Positions 16,706 through 25,941 of a stretch of DNA of 37,052 nt are shown here, piece by piece. Source of the DNA: a virus. Its lineage: Duplodnaviria > Caudoviricetes. Location of the stretch: IMG/VR virus record IMGVR_UViG_3300005323_000075, positions 1 through 37,052 of that record. The stretch is one strand, 5' to 3'. A program made the position numbers and the translations under genes. Below the pieces are notes generated by a model. That model made no database searches. It was not told the origin of the DNA and saw only the letters and a program-made list of their open reading frames with translations. Position 1 is the stretch's first letter, and every line of letters begins with the position of its first letter.

Positions 16706-18219
16706 TCCTTCGTGCTGAAGTAAGTATCTAACATCGGAATTATAGTTTTCACTTCATTGTCGGAAGGATACTGAGAGAACCCGAACATATCAACAAAATT
16801 TTTTTCTTTTGCGCGAATCTCTGCCATCATTGCAGCATTCCCAGACTTGACGGCAAAATACTTTTCCGAGAGACGTGCGAATACCTCTCGTGGGTCGGTA
16901 TAGTATTTATGACTTGCCCCTCCGGAGATCGCCATTGTATAAATGAGTTTCCCGATTTTATATTCGTAACTACGGACTATTTCGCCGGTTGTAATGTCGA
17001 CCGTTTCTATTTCTTTCCCAATTGAAGACACTCTGTCAAAAGATTTCTGCATTTCTGTTCTTGAGAGAGCAGTTCTGAGAAGAGAATATTCTGTTTTTGA
17101 AGAACCATACGTTCGTTTTCCATTGCCGAATATCTGATGGTCAAGATAGTGACTCAATTCATGAACGGCTGTAGACAATGGTGTCGGAATAGCCGATCGC
17201 AATGAAACAGTGCCCGATGAAGGCGAATACATCCCGAGCGCAGGAAGGTTTGATACTTCGCGGATATCAAGCGAACCAGAAATCTTCGTGATGTTCATTA
17301 CTTCTGCAATCATGTCCCGTGCCGTCACAACACCGTTCGAGAGATTGCGATCTTCAAAGTTTGTTTTCAACGCAGTCGGGTCTTCATATTCCTTCCCGAA
17401 TGCGGGTTCAGCCCAGCAGCGGCAATTCCAGTCTTCGCCGGGATGCCGCTTTTCGCCATGCAGCCCCACTTCCGGAGGGTTTTGCCAATCATGGTAAGTT
17501 CCGTTCATAATGTAGTGATTGTCTCTCGTCGCGCCGTCCGTTACGCATCGCCAGATATAACCGGGGATGCCCGCTTCGTTCTGCCGCGTCCGGTTCACCT
17601 GTCCGTAGAACTTAGACGCCTGGTCTCGTGCCCAGAAGCGGGCTTTGTTGCGATCTGCGCCGGTCTGCCGCTGAAGATCATCCACCATTTCGGGGAAGGA
17701 TTTCCCGTTTGATAGTCCGTTCGAAAGAATATCGAAAATGGAGTTCGCGTGTTCTGAAAAAAGAGAGCTCTTCAGTGCGGAATTAACCTTCACTGTCCGG
17801 TCGAGAATCGTGTCGATCATGCTGCCAGAAATCCGCGTGGTAGTGATCCACTTGGTCGGCTCGATACGCTCGGTTATATCCGCACCTTGAGGAGTGTTCA
17901 GCCGCGTCATTGCTTTCTCCAGCGACTCATTGACAAACGATGTGTTCCACGCATCGAGCAGACAAAAGACCTTTTTTATTTTTTCATCGTCAGTTGAACC
18001 GATTGATCCGAGCATCGCCGCGCGCAGCGCCTCCAAAATTGCAAACGGATCATCCGCATCGGTGCGAAGCCCGTCGCTTTTCATCATGGAGGAAGTGTCG
18101 CCAGACAGGAGCAGCTCTCGCCGTATTTCCCGTATTTCACGCATCAACCGCGACGAAAAGCGGTCAAAGGCGGAGGTGAAAAGCGACTCGTACTGTTGTT
18201 CAAGGTGAATCGGATACAT
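16702..18219 (-). CDS. MuF/SPP1 gp7 minor head protein with C-terminal HExxH extension
   Basis: A.FWARDQ, YIW....D..TR..H and HPGED.NCRC motifs, then HELSHYLDH and YY..P.EVFAR. Confidence 0.88.
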   Translation of the reverse strand: MYPIHLEQQYESLFTSAFDRFSSRLMREIREIRRELLLSGDTSSMMKSDGLRTDADDPFAILEALRAAMLGSIGSTDDEKIKKVFCLLDAWNTSFVNESLEKAMTRLNTPQGADITERIEPTKWITTTRISGSMIDTILDRTVKVNSALKSSLFSEHANSIFDILSNGLSNGKSFPEMVDDLQRQTGADRNKARFWARDQASKFYGQVNRTRQNEAGIPGYIWRCVTDGATRDNHYIMNGTYHDWQNPPEVGLHGEKRHPGEDWNCRCWAEPAFGKEYEDPTALKTNFEDRNLSNGVVTARDMIAEVMNITKISGSLDIREVSNLPALGMYSPSSGTVSLRSAIPTPLSTAVHELSHYLDHQIFGNGKRTYGSSKTEYSLLRTALSRTEMQKSFDRVSSIGKEIETVDITTGEIVRSYEYKIGKLIYTMAISGGASHKYYTDPREVFARLSEKYFAVKSGNAAMMAEIRAKEKNFVDMFGFSQYPSDNEVKTIIPMLDTYFSTKE

Positions 18220-18351
18220 AACTATGTCTCTAACCTCTGTGACTCCCGTGTACGCCCCCGCTATTAATGCAGAAAGGGGTTGATAAGCGTTGATGAACTC
18301 AAAAACGGGTACTTGGAGGGATGGCCCCTAAAAACCCGCGAACCTGCCTTT

Positions 18352-19797
18352 TTAAGCAGAGTTCCGTTCGCCTGATTGTTCTGTATCCGGCTCGCCGTTT
18401 CCATCTTTCCGTCCCGGTTCCTTGTCTTTCTCGGATTTCCCTCCCAGCAGCGCGGTGATTGAGGGTTTCGACATGTTGATCGGCGCCTTCTCCCATTTCG
18501 TATGCTGCTCAAGGTCGGCGAACCGTTTTGATTTCACTTCCGACGGCGACAGCACGGCTGTCGTGATATAAATCTGATCGTACTGGGCTTGCTTGAGATC
18601 CACATCCGCCTGTTCAACCGGACCGAGTTTCCACAGCGGATTAAAGTCGAACTCCCAGTCCAGCTTGTCGACATCCGCGCCGAGCAGCTTTTTGATTTCT
18701 CCCTGCGTTTCATGCACAACAAGTGAGATTGCTTTTTCGATGATGGGGCGCACTTCGAGCTCCTGAAACTTAGCGACATTATCGTAGTAGCTCACTAGGT
18801 CGAACTGACCCGCGGTGATGACTCCCTGCGCATTTCCCATTAGCCGCGATTTAGGAATTCGCGACTGCCCCGATAGGTTATCAAAGATGAAATCGAACAC
18901 CTGCTTTATCTGTCCATTCTGTGATGAGTTCGAATCAAGGCGTTCGAGGGTTTCTCCCTCATCAAGCGCAACACCTCCCTGCGTGTTCATCACGGATTGC
19001 ATCTCTGCAAGAAATTCAATCAGCTTCTTCGGGTCGGTACCCGCGACGGCCGGACTTTTGAAAACTTTGACGCTCATTTCAAAGAGCAGGCTTGTTACGC
19101 TCCAGAGCCCCACATCTTGCGCCCTGATGCCATCGAGTATTGTGTCAAGCACACTTACACCGCGGCGCTCTTCCGGCAGATATGAATGCACCATCCACGA
19201 TAGGCGTGACGGATGAATAGTATTGGAACTCACCTGGAACTGCTGCACATGATAATCTCTTGAAAGCGGATCATCAGTTTGATGTGTCAGTGTTACACGG
19301 TCAGGACCAAATACATTGATATAGTCCAGCTTGAGGATATCGGTCGACATCTGTTTTCCAAGTTCGAGATCGTTCTGCGGTGCGTTCGCAGTTATTCCCC
19401 AAAACAAAAAACCGCCGTTTTGATATAGCCGTGAAAAACGGATCAGATCCTTGATCTTTGCGCGCAATCCCAATTCGTCGAACCGGTTCATAATGATACG
19501 CGAAATTCCAAGCCCCTTCATTCCTGTATTGGGATCATCGTTGTCGCGGTTAGTCTTGATCGTTATCCATTCACGCGTTGCGTCCTCAGCTGGCGCGTCG
19601 ATGATGTTCTGGATGAACCCGTTCGTCATATACCACTGACGAGAAATCGTCGAGGCCATCTCCGAATAGCGAGGATTCAGCCCAGAAAGTTTATCTCTTT
19701 CGGTTCCCATTCCCGACGTACGGTGTTCGAGAGAATCGCGCCGGGAAGAGCTACGAGAACTGCCTTTTTTTGATGATTGCTTCGTAGTACGTGACAT
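18352..19797 (-). CDS. Portal protein (DUF1073 family)
   Basis: IID.PAEDATREW, RLY..G, IHPSR, IP..RL.G, YYD.V...QE and F.FNPLW motifs. Confidence 0.88.
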   Translation of the reverse strand: MSRTTKQSSKKGSSRSSSRRDSLEHRTSGMGTERDKLSGLNPRYSEMASTISRQWYMTNGFIQNIIDAPAEDATREWITIKTNRDNDDPNTGMKGLGISRIIMNRFDELGLRAKIKDLIRFSRLYQNGGFLFWGITANAPQNDLELGKQMSTDILKLDYINVFGPDRVTLTHQTDDPLSRDYHVQQFQVSSNTIHPSRLSWMVHSYLPEERRGVSVLDTILDGIRAQDVGLWSVTSLLFEMSVKVFKSPAVAGTDPKKLIEFLAEMQSVMNTQGGVALDEGETLERLDSNSSQNGQIKQVFDFIFDNLSGQSRIPKSRLMGNAQGVITAGQFDLVSYYDNVAKFQELEVRPIIEKAISLVVHETQGEIKKLLGADVDKLDWEFDFNPLWKLGPVEQADVDLKQAQYDQIYITTAVLSPSEVKSKRFADLEQHTKWEKAPINMSKPSITALLGGKSEKDKEPGRKDGNGEPDTEQSGERNSA

Positions 19798-21230
19798 TAT
19801 ATTCTCCTTCCGAATAAGAGGCTGGACAGATTGTATCGTTGCGACAGGTCATTGCATGCCGAGCGGATTTTCGAGATGAGTCCCGCAAGCGCGTCAGGGG
19901 CGTCGTCGTGTTCAATCCCCTCATGGTAGCAGAGCACCCCTTTCATGAACGCCGGATCAATTCCATGTGAAAAGCGGAGCCGCCGCCACGGCATTTTGAC
20001 GAAATTTTGAATTCGCAGATGCTTGTTTACCGTGTTGTTATTTTCACGGGCGTTAATTCCGCGCTTCTTCAATTCATAGATTATGAGCCGCTGCGCCTGA
20101 TTTGACTCCACCCAGAGCGTTTCAATGCGGTGTTTTTTGCACAGTGCCTCGACTCGGTCGTATGTCTGGTCGATAGTGCTGCGCCACATATAACCGCCAG
20201 TCACATAAATGGGCGAGTCCTTCTCGGCAGACGCCGCATTGCCGCAGCAGAAAGCGCACGAGTCCGCCCCTCCGAACGCCGGATCAAGATAGCCAATATT
20301 GCGCAGCGTCTCAGGTGCTTCTTCATATTTCGGATCGTCGAATAGCCGCTCGGTGATGTCGATAGGTTCCTGCTGATAGAGCGCCATGAATATCTTTTCG
20401 CCCATCGTCTCGCGCTGGGACTGCAGAAACTCGGCGGAGAATCGTTCCGGCCACAGCGCTTTCCCATCGGCATCAATCGCGGGCAATTTGAGTAGATGCC
20501 ACTTGCCCCCGTTTTCGGCCAGCCCGTCCTTTGCGATCAGTTTCCCCGAAAGATCGTCTGACGACCAACGGGTCATTATAAGGATCTGGGCGGTGTCTTC
20601 ATAGATACGGGTCAGGAACGTTGAACAATACCACTCCCACACATTGTCCTGTATCTTCTCCGACATTGCTTCCTGGTAGTTTTTGATCGGATCATCAATA
20701 ACCGCAAGCTTCCCGCCTCGTCCTGTGATTGGGCCGTCAACACCTGCACCGATAACCACTCCGCCCGCTGTTATTTCCCACCGGCGCGACGCACGCGAAT
20801 CATCACAGGTCTGAATATTCGGGAAAATATCGCGGTACAGTTCCGATTCTACAGTGTTGCGCTGCCAACGTGTGAATTCGATAGCCTTATCTGCCGCAAA
20901 GCTGGTCACTATAATTTCGTCTTTGGGATGTCGCCCGAGAAACCACGTAGGAAATATTTTTGAACACAGATTACTTTTGCCATGGCGAGGCGGCATATTT
21001 ATGATAAGGTTTTTAATCTCTCCCTTTTCAACACGAGATAAATGCTCGGCGATAAGTTTGATATGCTGGGCAGACTGGAAGTCCGGCATTATGTAACGGG
21101 AGAACGCAAGCAGGCTATCCGCTCCGTGCGCCCGGCCATATGCGATACGATCCGATGGTTTAGGCCGCGCAAACGACCGGGATCCGGAATCAATAACCGT
21201 TTCAAGGATCTGTTTGTTTACCTTATCCAC
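19797..21230 (-). CDS. Terminase large subunit
   Basis: Walker A MPPRHGKS, GPITGRG, IDDPIK, IMTRW..DDL, LYQQ.P, nuclease DPA and HDD..DA. Confidence 0.95.
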   Translation of the reverse strand: MDKVNKQILETVIDSGSRSFARPKPSDRIAYGRAHGADSLLAFSRYIMPDFQSAQHIKLIAEHLSRVEKGEIKNLIINMPPRHGKSNLCSKIFPTWFLGRHPKDEIIVTSFAADKAIEFTRWQRNTVESELYRDIFPNIQTCDDSRASRRWEITAGGVVIGAGVDGPITGRGGKLAVIDDPIKNYQEAMSEKIQDNVWEWYCSTFLTRIYEDTAQILIMTRWSSDDLSGKLIAKDGLAENGGKWHLLKLPAIDADGKALWPERFSAEFLQSQRETMGEKIFMALYQQEPIDITERLFDDPKYEEAPETLRNIGYLDPAFGGADSCAFCCGNAASAEKDSPIYVTGGYMWRSTIDQTYDRVEALCKKHRIETLWVESNQAQRLIIYELKKRGINARENNNTVNKHLRIQNFVKMPWRRLRFSHGIDPAFMKGVLCYHEGIEHDDAPDALAGLISKIRSACNDLSQRYNLSSLLFGRRI

Positions 21231-21741
21231 GGAGTTCCAGCCTCAATGCGATGTTTTTCTGTATCGCGTCCCAATGCGTCTCAATGACCGCTCTGACTTC
21301 CGGGATTTCGCAGAAGATTTCCATCAGCATCCGTACCACTTCCATCGGATGCGGGTTCTTTCGTTCGTCATCACCCAGCTCAAGGTAAAAACGACTGATT
21401 TTATCAAAGGCGAATGTTGCACCCTCGACCGTCTTGACGTCCGCGAGAGCCATCTTTGTGAAAAGCATTTCTTTGATCTTATAAGATTGGTCTCGTATAT
21501 TCCGCTTGTCCTCGGCCAGTTTATTGTCGAGGTTCGCGTTTCGAGCAACGACTACCTGCGTACGGCGTTCGTCCCACGTCAGTCCGCGGGCATCCTTTTC
21601 TTTCGCCCACTTCGCGACAGTGCTTTTGGATACGGTAGGCCATTCTTTCTTCAGCTCTTTCGCAATCTCGGTAATCGACTTTCCGATTACGAAAAGCCGG
21701 TACGCTTTCTCTTTCGCCATGTCATCATAACGCTGAGTCAT
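21223..21741 (-). CDS. Terminase small subunit-like HTH protein
   Basis: N-terminal HTH (A..LF..G.S..EIA......VS..TV.KW), overlapping the terL start. Confidence 0.7.
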   Translation of the reverse strand: MTQRYDDMAKEKAYRLFVIGKSITEIAKELKKEWPTVSKSTVAKWAKEKDARGLTWDERRTQVVVARNANLDNKLAEDKRNIRDQSYKIKEMLFTKMALADVKTVEGATFAFDKISRFYLELGDDERKNPHPMEVVRMLMEIFCEIPEVRAVIETHWDAIQKNIALRLELRG

Positions 21742-21750
21742 AGTTTCACC

Positions 21751-22191
21751 TCAAAACATCCATCCGGCTTTGCCGTACACGCCTAATACGCCGTGCATTG
21801 AAACAAGCATTCCGCCGCCGGCAGAAAAATTCATGTAACGGTACAGATATTCTCCGCCTGCAAACGGGTCACTCGTACGGTCGTAGAGCAGCACTCCAGA
21901 AACTGCGTTTATCTGATGTACACGCTCGATGTATGCTTTTGCTTCCGGTATGATTGTCTTCGGCGCGACCGTCTCCGAGACGCCGGCGCCTTCGGCAGTA
22001 GTTGTGAAACGAATTGAATCGCCCGAGACATTCCATCCCGCAACAGTAACAGCAGCGCCTTCCTTCTGTGTTGTTGTGATAGCACTCAAGTTGCCCGAGG
22101 TCTCGCGGGGCGATGCAAAAAAAATCCCGAGAGCAAAACCGCCGCAGGCGCACATAGTCATTGCAATAAAAATGACCGCAATTCGTTTCAT
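21751..22191 (-). CDS. Membrane-anchored protein in the lysis cassette (candidate spanin)
   Basis: N-terminal signal/TM segment with MCAC, and C-terminal Gly/aromatic beta strands ending GWMF. Confidence 0.5.
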   Translation of the reverse strand: MKRIAVIFIAMTMCACGGFALGIFFASPRETSGNLSAITTTQKEGAAVTVAGWNVSGDSIRFTTTAEGAGVSETVAPKTIIPEAKAYIERVHQINAVSGVLLYDRTSDPFAGGEYLYRYMNFSAGGGMLVSMHGVLGVYGKAGWMF

Positions 22192-22511
22192 TTCTGGTTG
22201 TCTCCCGGAGTATTCCCGTCGCCGTTTGTATTTGGCTGGAAGATGCCGCCTTTTCTTTCGTTTATTCTTTTACCCAGGTACAGGATGCCGTTGCCGAAGA
22301 CGATGACGCCAAGCGCGTCAAAAAGAGCCAAAGCCGAATCAAGAATATTGTCCGGCACATGTGTCGTGAGAAGGTCTGCGAAGACCAGCACATGGACACC
22401 GCACAGCACTAACGCATAGACGATGAAGACTGTGAAAACGATCCACGTCCGCAGGGTGGTATCTGAAAACAATCCGGTCTTGTCATCCGTGTAGAGAAAT
22501 TTCAGGTTCAT
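22188..22511 (-). CDS. Putative holin (two TM helices)
   Basis: Two hydrophobic segments and a polar C-terminal tail, at the head of the late operon. Confidence 0.6.
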   Translation of the reverse strand: MNLKFLYTDDKTGLFSDTTLRTWIVFTVFIVYALVLCGVHVLVFADLLTTHVPDNILDSALALFDALGVIVFGNGILYLGKRINERKGGIFQPNTNGDGNTPGDNQK

Positions 22512-22515
22512 TCGA

Positions 22516-22776
22516 TTACCCCTTGAATATGTTCTTCTGGGGTTTCATTCGTAGTTTGCGGAGCATTAGCGCGATATTTGTGCCGATAAAGTCGAGCTTC
22601 TCGTTTATTTCGAAGTTTATCTTTTCTGCGGAAACAATCCGGGTCTCAAGTTCCTGAAACCGGAACTCGAATTGCATCTTCAAGCCTTCCACCTGATTAC
22701 GCATTCGCCAGTAAATACCGACGATCGTTGCAATGAAGGTTATGATCGTTATGACTGCGACAACTGCTGTGAGCAT
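22516..22776 (-). CDS. Single-TM coiled-coil protein (holin/XhlA-like)
   Basis: N-terminal TM followed by a heptad-rich segment. GGAGGG RBS. Confidence 0.55.
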   Translation of the reverse strand: MLTAVVAVITIITFIATIVGIYWRMRNQVEGLKMQFEFRFQELETRIVSAEKINFEINEKLDFIGTNIALMLRKLRMKPQKNIFKG

Positions 22777-22830
22777 GGTCCCTCCGGTAACAGTGATGTC
22801 CGAAGGTAAGCATATTCAGATGATCAGATG

Positions 22831-22879
22831 CAAGGTGGACGTTTCACGATAACGGCCGAACTTTCCGTTATTTCCGCAA
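22831..22879 (-). promoter_or_regulatory. Late-promoter element, copy 2 (lysis/terminase operon)
   Basis: CAAGGTGGACGTTTCACGATAA is identical to 16352-16373 and is followed by TTTCCG repeats. Confidence 0.75.
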
Positions 22880-22883
22880 AAAA

Positions 22884-23081
22884 TCACAGAAGAGAGGAAT
22901 TTTTCTGATAGTGCCGGTTCTGAAATTCCTGTAGATCCTCGATTCTGTAGCGGATGGTTCGGGGAGTGTATTTCAGATGAGGCAGTCCCTGTTCGCGGTA
23001 ATTTTTGAGAGTACGCATAGAAATGTTAAGGTATTGAGCCGCTGCAGCAGGGGTAAGAAGTTGATTATCGCGGCTGTTCAT
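22884..23081 (-). CDS. Small MerR/Xis-like HTH DNA-binding protein
   Basis: LLT...AA.YL.IS..TL..Y...GLP......R.IRY...DL..F pattern (HTH_17-like). Confidence 0.85.
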   Translation of the reverse strand: MNSRDNQLLTPAAAAQYLNISMRTLKNYREQGLPHLKYTPRTIRYRIEDLQEFQNRHYQKNSSLL

Positions 23082-23106
23082 ATCTATATTTAAAACCTCT
23101 TCCGCG

Positions 23107-23170
23107 AAAATACAGAAGCTTTTCTATTTCGTCAATTAATTTACATAAACATACCTGTCGATAATATAAT
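23107..23170. promoter_or_regulatory. Divergent sigma70-type promoters
   Basis: - strand: TTGACG (23135-23130)-N17-TATTTT. + strand: TTTACA (23140-23145) with TAATAT/TATAAT at 23162-23170. Confidence 0.55.
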
Positions 23171-23204
23171 TAGAATAAAAAAACATCTTTAAGGCGGAAT
23201 ACTC

Positions 23205-24005
23205 ATGATAAAACAGGTTACGATTGCAGCGCTATTTATTATCGGCGTTTCAACATTTGCAGGGGCTGTCACCCCGACATTTGTAGTTGCAGGAGATAAC
23301 GCGTCATTTTCAGGCACCATAACATATCCATCAAAAGGTACTAGTTCATCCTTTGCGGGATCAACACCTTATGAAATGGATATTATTGATTCAAACTGTA
23401 TTTTCACCATTACAAGCAACGATGGACAACCTCTTGCTGCTTCAGTGATGAAGGACAATCTCGTGATTAAGTCTGCAAGCTGCGCAGGCGAAAACGGGAA
23501 TCTCATCATTAAACTAAATCCGAAGGATACATCATCGGCATCTTTCCGTGCAGCCTCCTGGGGTCAGTCGAAAGAAACGGTAAAAAAGAATGAGATCCTC
23601 GGAAAGCTTGAAACTGACGGAGAAGATGACGGCATAAAAGGATGCGGGGAGCTTGAATATACTGCATCCGGAGTCGGGTATGACAACATTCAACTTGTCT
23701 ATACATTCCTCGATGACAAACTTATTTCCGCCGCCTACGTCTTGTCCTTCACTGGGCCGGAAGCTCTTTCAGAATACAATTACGGGATAAAGAATCTCAA
23801 ATCCGAATTCACTTCTTTGTATGGGAAATCGCTGAAAAATGCTCTTGGTGAAGAATGGAGATATTCAAACGGAAAAGTCTTGGTTATGAGTAAAGAAAAT
23901 AAAAAAGAAGATGGAACGATTGAGTTTGCAGCAATGATAATGTATACTGCAAAACCAGCATCTGAAATATTTGAAGAAATAAAGAAACGAACAATTGCCA
24001 AGTAA
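23205..24005 (+). CDS. Secreted hypothetical protein (moron)
   Basis: Sec-type signal peptide (MIKQVTIAALFIIGVSTFAGA), own promoter, opposite orientation to neighbours. Confidence 0.75.
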   Translation: MIKQVTIAALFIIGVSTFAGAVTPTFVVAGDNASFSGTITYPSKGTSSSFAGSTPYEMDIIDSNCIFTITSNDGQPLAASVMKDNLVIKSASCAGENGNLIIKLNPKDTSSASFRAASWGQSKETVKKNEILGKLETDGEDDGIKGCGELEYTASGVGYDNIQLVYTFLDDKLISAAYVLSFTGPEALSEYNYGIKNLKSEFTSLYGKSLKNALGEEWRYSNGKVLVMSKENKKEDGTIEFAAMIMYTAKPASEIFEEIKKRTIAK

Positions 24006-24008
24006 AAC

Positions 24009-24035
24009 AGTCCCCCGGTTACGCGCCGGGGGACT
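24009..24035. terminator. Hairpin between convergent genes
   Basis: AGTCCCCCGG-TTACGCG-CCGGGGGACT, a perfect 10-bp stem overlapping the radical SAM stop codon. Confidence 0.65.
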
Positions 24036-24792
24036 CTGTTATAGTACCGTCTTTTATATGATAATCAATTTTATGTTTCGTGCAAAATGAAATTGTCTCT
24101 TCACTTAGATGGTTAAAAAATTCCCTATATCCTTTATAAGCAGTAACTTGTTTGTTGTAATTTAATCTTCCAAATATAATACGATCAACAAAAGACACGG
24201 ATTCAAGAATTTCAAGATAATTTTGATCTATAATATTTGGAGTTGGGTACGGCTCAATACTTACCCATGTTTTACATCCTTGTTCATGAAGATAACGAAG
24301 ACTTTCAATTCGCTTTTTATAACTTGCAGAATTAGGCTCATATTCTTTCCGAAATTTCTCGTTTAATGAAATTAGAGTAATTCCATATTCATTTTTTGAG
24401 CTCAATGTAGCTAATTTTTTGGGCAATATCCCTTTTGTTAATGCGGTACACTTAATCCCATTTTCATTAAGCATTGAAAGAATTCGAAAGCTTGCATCAC
24501 AAATATCTTTATACTTATACATAAAAGGATCGGTCGTAAAGCAGAGATGAACTGATTTGATTTTTGATTTTAGCCGAGGAATTTCTTTTGAAAGAATTTC
24601 TTCTGAATTAATTGCAAGTTTCGGAACAATCCACTCATCATAACTTTTAATCTTCCCGAATCGCTTAGCCATCAGCATTGCATAACAAGGATACTTACAC
24701 CCATGCGAACATCCATCAACGTGATTTATGGTGTAATCACCATATTCCACCCCTGTTTTATAAAGCATTGATTTTCTAACTATCGTTTGCAT
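24019..24792 (-). CDS. Radical SAM protein, spore-photoproduct-lyase-like/DUF5131-related
   Basis: N...GCSHGCKYPCYA (Cx3Cx3C), TDPF, LTK, EP......R and WVSIEP motifs. Confidence 0.85.
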   Translation of the reverse strand: MQTIVRKSMLYKTGVEYGDYTINHVDGCSHGCKYPCYAMLMAKRFGKIKSYDEWIVPKLAINSEEILSKEIPRLKSKIKSVHLCFTTDPFMYKYKDICDASFRILSMLNENGIKCTALTKGILPKKLATLSSKNEYGITLISLNEKFRKEYEPNSASYKKRIESLRYLHEQGCKTWVSIEPYPTPNIIDQNYLEILESVSFVDRIIFGRLNYNKQVTAYKGYREFFNHLSEETISFCTKHKIDYHIKDGTITESPGA

Positions 24793-25862
24793 ATTCTCAC
24801 TTTTGGTTTTAACATAAAATCTTTGTAATTGATATAAAATCCTTTCCCTTTTCCCCCTGTTTCAATATCATAAATTATAAGATCATTCTTCATTGCTGTT
24901 AATAATTTAGTTGCATGAGTAGGCAAAAAACTTGAACGCAGAGTTATCTCATAAAGTTCATTATTTGTGGCTCCTTTTTCAACTCTTTTTATCAAGATAT
25001 CCCGCAGTTTTTCCATTCTATTTTCTTTATTTTGCTGATCAAAAAGAGTAGGATTTGTATTCAAGTCAAACCCTATTCCTTCGAGGGGATCCAGTTTCCA
25101 TTTTACGGAAAGTATTTTTTCAAGTCCTCGTAAATTCTTTGTAATAAAAAAGAGCGCGAAATATTGACTCTTTGAACGTTCAATATAATAAGATTCAGTA
25201 AAATATTTTCCATTGATTGATAGCCCATTTTTAATGTTTTCTATAAAATCTAAAATATTATGATGATCTTCATCGACATTAAACTCTTTAATGAAATTTC
25301 GGAGAGGTATATACGCTGGATCTGGTTTTTCCCCTATCGCAGGTTTAATGAATCTAAATAAGTGTGATGCAGGGATGAATATAATCATTTCTGCTTTTCC
25401 GATTCCCATTAATTCTTGGATATGATCTAATTTGATATCCTTGTACCCGTATGGGTCAACAAACATTAAAGTATGTTCATCGTTACTGTAGCTTTTTTGA
25501 GTTATAGATTCTACCATATTCGAAAAGCTTGAACAATAACTTTCAAATTTAAAATGCGAATATTCTGGATTCCCAATTATTACTTTTCGAACAGATTCAA
25601 TTTTTGATGGATCAATATCATTTACACAGAGAAGGACTTCTTTTTCTTTTTGCCATTTTGCTTTTGATTCACAAATACATTCGGCTGCAATTAATGGACT
25701 TCCAACTCCATTTTCATATACACCTTTCCCGCAAAAAAAGTCATAAATATTTATTTTATTAAAATTCGATGCATTCCCCATAACGAGAAGGTATTCTTGA
25801 AGATAGTTTTTATATAATTCAAGTTTTGCTTTCGAATGATTCTCTAGATAGTTTTCATTCAT
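24780..25862 (-). CDS. tcmP: Three-Cys-motif partner protein (TcmP family, Rossmann methyltransferase-like)
   Basis: HS..K...Y..YL, D.F.G.G, GSPL and F.DPYG motifs, overlapping the radical SAM gene. Confidence 0.85.
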   Translation of the reverse strand: MNENYLENHSKAKLELYKNYLQEYLLVMGNASNFNKINIYDFFCGKGVYENGVGSPLIAAECICESKAKWQKEKEVLLCVNDIDPSKIESVRKVIIGNPEYSHFKFESYCSSFSNMVESITQKSYSNDEHTLMFVDPYGYKDIKLDHIQELMGIGKAEMIIFIPASHLFRFIKPAIGEKPDPAYIPLRNFIKEFNVDEDHHNILDFIENIKNGLSINGKYFTESYYIERSKSQYFALFFITKNLRGLEKILSVKWKLDPLEGIGFDLNTNPTLFDQQNKENRMEKLRDILIKRVEKGATNNELYEITLRSSFLPTHATKLLTAMKNDLIIYDIETGGKGKGFYINYKDFMLKPKVRICKR

Positions 25863-25941
25863 TTTCGCTACTCCGATTTTATGTTTTAGAAATCAAACCT
25901 ATAGGAAATAATGAGGTAATCGATATTTTTTATTTTGAAAA

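Noticed and set aside
18220-18512. ORFs 18264..18512 and 18299..18496, and a weak nested hairpin between portal and MuF
   Set aside because: They largely overlap the portal 3' end, have no motif or clear slippery site, and the stems are short.
18352-19797. Portal as anti-CBASS Acb1 nuclease
   Set aside because: DUF1073 portals sometimes receive this label, but no 2H phosphoesterase HxT motif pair is evident and synteny indicates a portal.
22884-23081. HTH protein as an excisionase for site-specific excision
   Set aside because: No tyrosine or serine integrase or att core repeat was seen. The element integrates by DDE transposition.
24019-24792. Radical SAM protein as the activase for the NrdD-like peptide
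   Set aside because: Its motifs are SPL/DUF5131-like rather than NrdG/PflA-like, and it is coupled to TcmP 10 kb away on the other strand.
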